Below are positions 53,127 to 64,000 of a stretch of DNA of 64,000 nt, piece by piece. The notes under the pieces were generated by a model that saw only the letters and a list, made by a program, of their open reading frames with translations, was not told the origin of the DNA and did not search any database. Both the position numbers and the translations under genes were made by a program. Source of the stretch: Octopus sinensis (lineage: Eukaryota); NCBI RefSeq assembly GCF_006345805.1, contig NC_042998.1, positions 165,230,001 to 165,294,000 on the forward strand, read 5' to 3'. The first letter of the stretch is position 1. The number at the start of each line of letters is the position of its first letter.

Positions 53127-53942
53127 GTTTTAAAATGTTGGCACAAGACCAGTAAGTTCGGAGGATTAGTAAGCATTGGTGCTCAACTGGTACTTATTTT
53201 ATCGACTCCGAGAAAGCTCAAAACGTAAAGATGAACGAAGTGCCGCTAATCATTTTACCCGGTGTGCTAACAATTCCGCCAGTGCCCCGCCTAATTCTCA
53301 TTTCTTATAATAGATTTCAAATTTTTGCTCAAGGTTAGCACTTTCACAGGAGAGAGTAAGTCGATTACATCGACCCCAGTGCTAAAATGGTAATTATTTT
53401 ATCGATTCCGAAAGAATGAAAGGCAAAATCGACATTGGCAGAATTTGCAATCAGAACGTAAAGACGGACGAAATGCCGATAAGCATTTTGCTCGGTTTGA
53501 CAACTATTTTGTCAGCTCTCTGCTTTATTCTGGCTTTTTATATCTTATTCAATGAATAGTTCATAATTTGGGTTTTGAGAAATGAAAGAAAACAGAGAAA
53601 TCAGATACAAACTATATTCCATCTTTTCGTTAAGGGCTGAAAATTCTTTCATTTTTGGTGCTAATGGCTGCTTTTTGTCACTTTGATAACCGTTGTACTA
53701 AATGATTATCATCTCCAGACGTGAAAGTATTGGTTTCACATTTTGGCAGAGGACCAACAATTTTGAGGGACGGGGCTAGTCGATTACCTTCAACCAAGTA
53801 CTTGACTGCTACTTCTTTTATCGACATAGAAACGATGAGAAGCTACTTCGATCTTAGTGGAATTTGAATTGGAAACGTAACAAGTCGGAAGAACTGTCGC
53901 TAAGCATTTCGTCTGACGTGCTAAAAATTCTTCCACTTCGAC
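53127..53942 (-). mobile_element. Three co-oriented degenerate family A SINEs (about 53127-53291, 53311-53522, 53731-53942)
   Basis: Family consensus blocks. Confidence 0.8.
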
Positions 53943-54099
53943 ATTTTCAAGCGTGAAAATAATCTATTTTCTATGTTTGCTTCAATATGCAGGGTGTCCC
54001 AGAATTAACTATCTATTTCAATAAAATCGGGCAAATTTAAAAAAAGACAGCCAGAATTTTATATTTATTACTTAGTTATGATACCAAAACAAATAGATT

Positions 54100-54730
54100 T
54101 ATGAATTTATTGGTTATCAGCATCATATCCTTGAGAGAGTTCTTTGTGTTGTAATGGATAACGAACTTGGAGAAAAAAGTCATTTCCCAATATTGAATAT
54201 ACATTTATCCCAGAGCTTCTAAGTAATTACGAGAAACTCCAGGCTAATTTCGACAATGGTGAAGAAAAGATTACTGAATCAGGAAGATGGTGAGATGACA
54301 TGAAATTTCTCTTTCATTTGACGAGAGTTTTTCGTTACTTTGAAGAAACCGGCAAATTTCTTATTGTGAAGTTAAAAAAAATATCCAACTTAAGTAAAGT
54401 AAGATGGAATTCTTGATCAATATTAGCTCTTTTGGCATTTATTCTTCTATCAGAGAAAAGAGTTTTACTTCTCAATGTTTGTCGATTCATCTCTTACAGC
54501 TTGGTAGATTTTTGATTTACTGATTAAATGTTCAATGCACATGATTATCAGAAGTTCATAAAAAAGCATTGAAATCTGTAAAAAATCTTTTGGAGTTGAG
54601 AACCATCAAAACTGAAAATTCCTAGAACAAATCAGAGTGCCGAACAGGCAATCTAGTGCCTTCAAGATCTTTATATGTTTGTAAATAGGAGTAACTTTAG
54701 CTTCGATTTATTTTAGCTAACAAAATCTAA
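54100..54730 (+). pseudogene. Decayed hAT-superfamily (hATm-like) transposase C-terminal fragment
   Basis: W*DDMKFLFHL..., SKVRWNS*SILALLAFIL and IPRTNQSAEQAI parallel the RDDY, ARW and N-x-x-AER-x-x-K motifs. Many stops. Element boundaries uncertain (about 53990-55302). Confidence 0.5.
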
Positions 54731-55591
54731 TGACTCTTTGTTATATTTAAAAATTTGATAACATTCAGCACCCTTTATCTTATAGTTATTTAAAATTGGA
54801 ATTAGACCTATAAAGTTAAAAATATGTATTTTTAAAATTTTGTATGTTATCGAATGCTTCTAGTGGCTTCTGTCTTAAAATAGTCTAGTTTTGAACCTTT
54901 GCTTTGAGCAATTTCAATTCAGTAGTTTTAAAAATGTATAAATGAACTTTTATTCCACATCTCTCTTGCGTTTACAAGGATTTGGCCAACAGAAATACTG
55001 AAGTGTGAACCTAGTGCAACCTAGTGATGATAATTTTAAAAACTCATAACTCCAAAACTACTTCAACTAGAAAGCTAGAATTTCAGATATACTATTTTTG
55101 CATTGCATTGACTCAGCACACTAAGTTTGGTAAACCCCTAGAATTTTGCATGATTTGTGTCAAAAGTGGTGATCGATTTCTTAAGTTGGCGGTCACATTT
55201 TTTTGAAATAAAGCAAAATAAATGTTAGTTTCCTGACTTGTATAAAATTATTCATCGAATTACAGTATAGGGTTATTAAGTTGTAGAAAAGTCATAACCC
55301 TAATATACATGTATGTGAAAAAGACAGAGTTTCAAAGAGCGTAGCCTACAGGTTTAACTATCACACTCGATTCTCAAACCGGGGGTGCGTTGTGTTCTCG
55401 AACAATTTCCTTAATTTCAGAACGGTGGTGGATTACCAGGCACGGAATAGTGTCCCGATTTGGTCTCTGCATCGGAATATTCCAAGTATTTTTCGGTTTA
55501 GCACGGAATACTTGGGTATTCGGCACTGAGAAGTTGCACAGCTGATGGACATTTTTTTTCAGAGTGCTCCGTATTCCATCTTTTAAAATTA

Positions 55592-55827
55592 CAGTAAGCC
55601 CTCGCCATATTGCGGTTCACCTATTGTGCACTCAGAACGTCTCGGTTCACTTACTGCGCACTCAGTACGTCGTAGATTTTTCTGGCTAATATATGTAAAT
55701 TTATATCGCGGACTTCTCAGTATATTGCGGATTTCTGCGGCCGATAGGTAATTATATATTTTTAGATTTTAATTATTTCTGTGAAAAGTTTTGGAACAAA
55801 ACATCTGCGATAGTCGAGGGATTACTG
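55592..55827. mobile_element. Tigger/pogo-like MITE with TA TSD
   Basis: TA|CAGTAAGCCCTCG...CGAGGGATTACTG|TA. Confidence 0.88.
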
Positions 55828-57689
55828 TATTTCTTATTCAACCAAGGAGTGAATCTCTATGTGGCTTCTCAACCTACCAGAAATAGCAACCAAATTACTA
55901 TTAAATCACAAACTATCAACATGAATAAACGAAAAAAAGACATAATGCATAACGTAGTTAAAGATTACACTATGACTCAAAAGACAGGATAGTTAAAGAT
56001 AAAATTACGTTGGTTGTTTATGGACCTGTACGATCAGACTATACCTGGGGTTAAACAACTACAACAGTCTTATTCACTATATTATTATTTTTCCGGAGCG
56101 GAGGAAAAAGAGACAAAGTAGAACAGCTGATGATTTTTCCAATGAAATCAAATCAGGGTTTGTGAATAAATGTTTTTCAATCGTCGAATAAATACTAATG
56201 AAACGCACACATACACTCACATACTCACACACACATACATGCATGTAGCAATTTACACATTCACATGCATTCTTATTTACATAAATATTTATATGTATCT
56301 CAAATGGATAACTTTCAATTGATTATCATATTTTAGCAATTTAATTTGAATTTCAATGCACAATGGCTAGTGTTTCTGGCTATGTTTGAATGTTTTATAA
56401 TGTTAAGAATGTAATATAAATTATAAGCATATTTACATTATTTCTATATTGCTATAATATTTAAATTCCAAATATTATGCATTGCACACACATACACAAA
56501 CAGACACACACACACGCACACACACACATACACACACACACATACACACACACACACTCATACGTATATGTATATATTTTATGCAAATTTATTGGTATAT
56601 GAAATTACTAATATACATGTGTTTATCATGCATTTATTTCTGAATTGATATGTCCATCAGAATTACTGTGACATATTGTATCTATCTGTATATACATACA
56701 TACATACATACATACATACATACATACACACACACTCATACACGCAGCACGCGCACACATACGAAAAGAAACCAACACACAGTCACACACACACACAAAC
56801 ACACACACACACACACACATACACAAACATACACATGCTTACACAGACATACACATACACACAAATGTATCCGTATGACTCACTTTACTTAAAGTCGCAA
56901 TAGTTGAAATAAAATGAGAAGTAGCTTTCATCCCCATTGGTTGTCATGTACTTCTTTACCTTCTTCTTAACATTAAGAAACAGACCGACCTAAGCTGCAG
57001 TATTCTCAAGAAGGAATATAAACAAGTGTTGCGCATCACATAGTTGATGAGCTGTGAAAGCAACATTATCGAAATAATCGGTTTTTCAGAGATCTCGATT
57101 GCTTGTACTAAAACTGAGAGACGAAACACATCGATGAATGTGTGATATACATTATACTCTATGTATATTCTTGGATAATATCATCATACTCCTATAGGTA
57201 GCGTATTACGAAAATCACGAGTCGGTGATGGTTATGATGTTGGGTAATTTTTAACGGTTCCGCAACTAAAAGCTGAGATGAACTCTTGTCAGTTACGTAA
57301 AACGGAATAATTAGAATGTTTATCCTTAAAGTCGTGGATGGTTCTTCGTTCGACGATGGGGATTCACCTTTCGATACTTTTTTTAAATAGAACAAAATTT
57401 ATATTATTTACTCTCAACCGAAGCAAGGATCTATAACCTCATTACCTCTTACTAGTCCAAAAAAACAAAAAAAATTGTGGAGTGTCTGAGTGTTTCACAG
57501 AATCCTGTTCTCGGAGATAATTCTTCGGCAGAACCAATGTCATGATGGTGATGGTAGCTTCACGTTGTCCGAGAAAGATGGTTCTGCAATTTATTTTTGA
57601 ACAACCAGCTCAAATGATTTGCTTACGATTATCAAATGTTTGTGCTATACACTAGCTCCCTCCCTCCGTGAAATCGTCGTTGCTTAGGC

Positions 57690-57838
57690 AGGTACACAGG
57701 TGTGCCAAATGTCAGGAGAGCAACGTGAAATGAAGTGTTTTGCTCAAGAATACAAATACACCTCCTGCTTCAGGAATTTAAATCACAATTTCGCGATCAT
57801 TAGTACAAGACCTTAATCACTAAGCCATGTGACTTCAT
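57690..57838 (-). mobile_element. Degenerate family C-type SINE
   Basis: GCAACGTGAAATGAAGTGTTTTGCTCAAGAA CORE-like block in reverse. Confidence 0.65.
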
Positions 57839-58459
57839 AGAATCAATGTCATACAGTGTGTATAACCGCTACATCTTTCAATTGCATACACAATACATTC
57901 AAAGTATTCCGGAGTTTCCTTTCACTCAGTATAATTCACAATGTATGGGTTGGCCTAAGGCTGTAGAAAATAAGATTTAACCAAAAACTTTACGTGTTGA
58001 GATCGAACGCCATCCTTAAGGTTGCGAAGCAAATTTCTTCGCCATCCAACAATACTGCGTCTACATTTCGGGCAGTAATTAGTCCTCAAGCTTAATTACT
58101 TGCTAAAACATGTAGTTCTTCTATAGTTCTTTTTTTCAATGTACTGTAACCACTTAGTACATTGCTATTGTCTGTAATATAGCCATCTTTCTCCGTTCCA
58201 TAATAAGGAATAAGCAGCTTTTATCGCATTTGCATATAACGATTTTGATGTTATCTTTGAGATAGCATAAAGCATGTTTCAGATTCGGGTTAAGTACTTA
58301 TTTTATGGCTGTGTATATTTCTGTTTATTGCTTGACTGCTGGTAAAAGTCTTATTTTTATTATGATACTTTATCTCTGAAGGTGCTCCTGGGATTGGTAG
58401 TGTAGTCGAATATACATACATAGACACATACAGGCAGACATCACACGCACACATATACA

Positions 58460-58535
58460 TCGGTGTGTGTGTGTGTGTGTGTGCATGCTTGTATGCTTAT
58501 GTTGGTATGTTTGTACACGTATGTTAACTCTATGC

Positions 58536-58566
<31 letters not shown>

Positions 58567-58649
58567 ATATACATATATGTATATGTATATATATATGTAT
58601 ATATATGTACTATATATGTCCTATATATATATATGTATATGTATATATA

Positions 58650-58698
<49 letters not shown>

Positions 58699-58745
58699 AT
58701 ATGTGTGTATATATATATATATGTACAAGTACGTACATACATCAT
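58460..58745. repeat. (TG)n/(TA)n microsatellite
   Basis: Seen directly. Confidence 0.95.
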
Positions 58746-59517
58746 ATGTGTATATTAATTCGTACTTGTGTACAAGTATGCATACAATGAAAAACTATAG
58801 TAATATATGTAAATGAACTCAAATATGCGGAAAGTAATATTATGGTATCGTTTTTCATATTGTCACGACGCCATATATTTGTATGAGAGTGATATAATTG
58901 GTTGACTCTACCCCGATGCATGACTGGTACGAGATGGATAAAAGGCAAACTGAAGCCATGTGGGATTTCGATCAAGAATATAGAGAAACAAGAGCAAATA
59001 TTGATAGACATTTAATCTGGAGAGCTCTCGTTTCAAGCAGCAGTATAACAACAGCAACAAGAACAACAACGACAACGACAACAATAATAATAACAATAAT
59101 AATAATAACAAGAAGAGAGGAAGAAGAAGAAGAAGAAGAAGAAGAAGAAGAAGAAAGAAAGAAAAAGAAAGAAAGAAAGAAAGTGAGAAAGAAAGAAAGA
59201 AAGAAGATAGCTACGAATGCTTTGGAGTTTAATAATTCACTCCTGGAAACCTTGGTGTTTCGTTCATCATCCTTATATAACACTTATTCAGAGATCTTTT
59301 GTTCTGGTTGTGTTACTCAACTTGAAGAAAATTCTAACTGGACCCTACCATAAGGTCATGTGCTCTTTATTTTGATATAAGGTCATCGTGTGGTTGTGGT
59401 ATATGGACCTGGTATACATTTATCAGACGAGTAGTCATGCAGAGTAATTTGGGATTTGCATATTTGTACCCCAGTGTCATTTGATGGCATGCGCTGATCT
59501 TTCATTCAATAATAATG

Positions 59518-59724
59518 CTTTCTACTATAAGCATAAGGCCTGAAATTTCAGTGGGTGGCGTCTAATCGATTACATCAACCCCAGCAAGCGACTAGACCTT
59601 ATCAGACCCTAAAGGATGAAAGTAAAGTCAAGCCCGGCGTAATTTGAACCCTGAACGCGAAGAGTTGGAAGAAATGCTGTTAAGCATTTCGTCCAGTATG
59701 TTAAAGATTCTGCCAGCTTACCGC
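59518..59724 (-). mobile_element. Family A SINE, tail beta
   Basis: Family consensus blocks. Confidence 0.78.
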
Positions 59725-60517
59725 ATTTATGAATTTTCGAAAACTGTGGGGTTGCCATAAGAGGTATTTACATTATTTCTAGCTAGTAAATTCAAGCGAA
59801 ATTAGACTGGTTCCGGAGGGATGAAAAAATTTAGCTTACCACTGTGATATTAAAAATCAGAGCTTAAAAGCATTTTTTTCGTATGCTCTGACAATTCTGC
59901 CAACTCTCCAAAAATGGTTTCTGAGTTTGGCAGATGGCTAGTAATTCGGAGGTAAGGGGTTAAAATTCGATGCCATCGACCCGATTACTGGATTAATAGT
60001 GTATCTTCTCCACCCACATAAGTTTGGAAGCCAAATTTATCAAGAGCAATTTGTAATTCCAGAATAATAAAAAAATAGAAGACGACAAGGAGTTCTCTCC
60101 GATGCTCAAGCGATTGTGCCAACCGAATGGTAGCCCCAAGAATTACGCACTCTAGCTACGTCAATGTTGTTACATAGCGTCACATTCTCTTTGTTTATAG
60201 TAAGATATTTACGATAGGAAAGCATCAGAGAAAAGATGTGAAAAGAAGTTGTGAAATAAGAGATATATATCTACTTGTGGTGAGAGAGCTCCACTTTCGT
60301 GTTTCTGATTTTGCCAGAGTGAATAATTTAACAAGCCGAGGTGAGGAAGTGAGTTAAAAGTGGAGGACAGAATTTTAGGGACGACAGCAAACGTAATTCT
60401 TTGAAAGTCCATACCATGTGAGCGCGTGCGTGTGCGTAAGCAAAGATGAATTATACATAAACATTAAATATCGTACTTACTTATACACATACACACACTT
60501 ACGTACATGCGTATGTA

Positions 60518-60604
<87 letters not shown>

Positions 60605-60608
<4 letters not shown>

Positions 60609-60900
60609 CTTATAAACAAGGGCTAAAGAAAATTATTTCTATTCCATTATGCTAATAACAGACTTTTAAATCGTCAATTTCCACCTATTATTTACTCACA
60701 TTTTCTTTACAGTCATACAAACGTTTACAATGAAAAGTTCGAAATTTAAAAAAAAAAAGTCTGTTGGCCAGCTTTCCTCGATTTCAGCTCTACGGGTTTT
60801 CTGTAGCGAGTAAATAATATGTGGAAATTGACGATTTAAAAGTCTGTTATCAGCATATTGGCATAGAAATAATTTTCTTTAGCCCTTGTTTATAAGTTAT
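60605..60900. mobile_element. MITE/foldback with 93-bp inverted arms next to (TA)n
   Basis: 60605-60697 versus the reverse complement of 60808-60900: 4 mismatches in 93, 110-bp spacer. Confidence 0.85.
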
Positions 60901-60987
60901 TTATAATTTTAACCTTAAAGGTATTTTAATATGCTGCCACATTTTCTGATGAAATCTTTTTCTGTAAAAACGCTTCATCATATATTA

Positions 60988-61094
<107 letters not shown>

Positions 61095-61299
61095 TGGGGT
61101 GAGAAAGAGAGAAAGGGGAAAAAATTGTGTAGAATATTGAGAGACAATGGATAGAAGAAACAGAAAGAGAGAGAAAGAGAGAGAGACTGAGACTGAAACC
61201 GATACACACAAACTCTACGTCTGTACACAAAGTCCCATATACATCAACCTTTATATACAAGGAGATACGTGAGTTTCTGAAGTTTAGCGAACAATGAAT

Positions 61300-61917
61300 T
61301 TCATTTTACTTTAAGACCTAACTAGAAAATTTGGGGCAGGGGTTAAGTCGATTACATTGAACCCAGTGCTCAACTGGTACTTCTTTTATCGAATCCGTAA
61401 AGATGAAAGGTAAATTCGACTCGGCAGCATTTGAACTCAGAACGTAAAATCAGGAGAAATACCGCTTGGCATTTTGTCCGCCACGGACCGCTTTACATAT
61501 CTGGAAAATATTCTTTTTTACTCTAGGCACAAGGCCCGGAATTTTGGGGGAGGGCGCCAGTCGATTAGATTGACCCCAGTACGCAACTGGTACTTAATTT
61601 ATCAACCCTGAAAGGATGAAAGACAAAGTCGACGTCGGCGGAATTTGAACTCAGAACGTATTTACGTAAAGACGAAATACCTATTTCTTTACTACCCACA
61701 AGGGGCTAAACACAGAGAGAACAAACAAGGTCAGACAAACGGATTAAGTCGATTATATCGACCCCAGTGCGTAACTGGTACTAATTTAATCGACCCCGAA
61801 AGGATGAAAAGCAAAGTCGACCACGGCGGAATTTGAACTCAGAACGTAACGGCAGACGAAATACCGCTAAGCATTTCGCCTGGCATGCTAACGTTTCTGC
61901 AAGCTCGCCGCCTTCAT
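61300..61917 (-). mobile_element. Three co-oriented family A SINE units; 61514-61917 is a nested dimer
   Basis: Outer flanks TCT(G/A)GAAAATATT at 61500-61512 and 61919-61931. Inner direct repeat GACGAAATACC at 61671-61681 and 61855-61865. Confidence 0.85.
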
Positions 61918-62164
61918 GTCTAGAAAATATTATCAAACATATTTAATAACAACAAACTTACTAAAATACTTACCAAGTTTTTTACTATTCTCTCTTGATA
62001 TACGTATGACTATATGTTGAGTTACCTCGCAGTTTCTTTTGTTCATTGGGTATTTCGTAGCCCTTGGTTTAAAAAACATTACTTTTGAAATATGACATGA
62101 TGTCACATTAATGAATTCAAGAGAAGCAACACTCCATGTTAACATTCCTTCACTTAAAAGGATA

Positions 62165-62350
62165 GCGAACTGACACAATCATTAGCACCCCGGACAAAAT
62201 GCTTAGCTGCATTTCTTTTGCCTTTATATTTTAAGTTTAAATTCCCCAGAGATCGACCTTGCCTTTCACCCTTTCGGAGTCAATAATAAAAGTACCAGTT
62301 GTATACTGGAATCGATATAATCGATTTCCACCTCCCCTCAAAGTTGTTGG
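62165..62350 (+). mobile_element. Degenerate family A SINE
   Basis: Family consensus blocks, opposite orientation to the 61300-61917 cluster. Confidence 0.75.
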
Positions 62351-62518
62351 CGAGTTCTCTACCAACTAATATTATTTTGCCCCCCCCCCCGATCGTCTGG
62401 TTTAAGTAATATGTTTGCAACCATTGTTAAACAGATAATACTTAAGAGATACAATTCTATGCAAAACGGCTTTGATACTAATCTTTATTCCATTCTCACC
62501 TCTTTTCTTCTAACATAG

Positions 62519-62683
62519 AACTTATCAACATCATTGTTTCTGTGGAAGCTTGTAGTTCATGTCAGGATCTTGCGGATATCAATATCTTTGGATGGTTTCT
62601 TCTAAAAATTAGTCAAGAAGTGATATCGAATGTTGATATCACCATTGATATCACAATGCACATGTATTGTCGGGTATTTTCAT
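62519..62683 (+). CDS. Candidate 165-nt internal exon (phase 1-1), product unrecognised
   Basis: CTAAT/CTAAC branch-like sites, long pyrimidine tract, CATAG acceptor and CAT|GTAAGA donor. One open frame of 54 codons. Confidence 0.33.
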
Positions 62684-64000
62684 GTAAGAGGAAAACTTCA
62701 ACTCTCATATTTTTTAAAAGTGTTTATAATATCCTTTCGTCTATATTTATTCATAGTACATTTGTATGATGGCCTAGGTTTTTGCAACTCTCATTCAGTA
62801 GAAATAGGAAAATAGAAAAGCTATTGATGTAAATGTTTTAGGAAACTGTTTTTTATATTTCTTTGTTTTTCGTGTTCATCTGTCAAATATAGTCATTTCG
62901 CTAGGCCAAATTATATCCCTTTATCAGTAGAAAATACTGTTACAAATCTCAGCTGTTTCTGAGAACTGTAAATATCTTGATTATAGTCGTCGTCGTCATT
63001 ATGTATCATACGCTTTTCAGTGCATTGATGACACTAAATTCTTCCCGATCAACGCAAATTCTCCCATCGGATGAAGCCTTAGCGTTGCTTTGTTCTGATT
63101 TTCTCTTAGTGTTTTCTTGGTAAAGACACTAGGGTGGTTTGCCATTGCCTTCCCTAACTGGATGGCCGTTGGCGCACGAGGAGCTCATACGCTCATCGAC
63201 AGGTCTTGGTTTTTGTGCTGCTGGATGTCCATACACACTTCCCACAAGAGAAGCTAGCAACTCAAACAGAGGAGCCAGTTTAGTCGATTACTACTGGACC
63301 ATGTGATGAGATCCCTGACGTAATGAGATCCCTGACATAATTTTGATTATAGATCTCTGGAAAATCTTCAAAGAAAAATGAATGGCTTTCGTGAAAGTTT
63401 ATTACTTTTGTAAACCTTAAAAAATAGCCTGTACATTTTCGCACAAGAAATGAAAGCGGATTTAGGGACAGAATAAACCAAAACACAGACAGCTTACTAT
63501 TTTGGAATATTCACTAAGAAATAACGATAACATCGGCGACAATTGTTCCACTGGATGCATATATGCATGTACCGTATTTGATGGTATAAAAGACGAACAA
63601 GTATATTGAAAGCATTTCAGTTTCAGCAGCGCATATTCAATAAAAAAAAGTTTTAGGACCAATTTCGCATATAGGAATCGAGGAGAATTTTGAGATATTT
63701 TTGTGGTGGTGGTGATGGGGAGTGTGTCTTATATGATATCAAATATGGTATGTATACCTGTGTATTCCAAATGACGACAGATATTTAATAGACGTACAAA
63801 TGCTTAAATATAATTTCAGAGTAATACACCATATAATTTCAGAGTAATACACCATACAGTTTACCAGCTAGCAAAATAGATGTGAGTTCGATTCCCACTG
63901 GGTTCTCTCATTTTATTCCATTTCAATTTTGCAGACATATATTCGATGAAGCACATAAACTGCGAGTCACTTTGTTATGTCTGTACTTGTATACGTGAGA

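Noticed and set aside
58898-59045. RTE LINE C-terminus suggested by DRHLIWRALV
   Set aside because: The nucleotide sequence aligns better to a decayed minus-strand family A SINE (GACTGGTAC...AAAGGCAAA...), so the peptide is probably coincidental.

Overview
AT-rich, repeat-saturated eukaryotic DNA. The SINE families and extreme microsatellite load look like octopus/cephalopod intronic or intergenic sequence; this is inferred from remembered repeat families, not from a search. No host gene can be called confidently, and nearly all ORFs in the track are translated microsatellites. Supportable content: (1) several dozen tRNA-derived SINE copies with mix-and-match heads and tails, several with clean target-site duplications (TSDs); (2) decayed DNA transposons: a mariner fragment, a full-length DD37D/maT-type element, a hAT Charlie/Buster 5' half, a hATm-like fragment and a Tigger-like MITE; (3) a non-autonomous Helitron with both termini that carries a nested LINE ORF1-like fragment; (4) several foldback elements; (5) a few low-confidence candidate exons. 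The most interesting signal is a set of minimal type-I hammerhead-ribozyme motifs of the kind carried by Penelope-like elements and retrozymes. They occur at four loci with unrelated stems: two in long palindromes, one in a 256-bp tandem duplication and one solo. All alignments and counts were done by eye.
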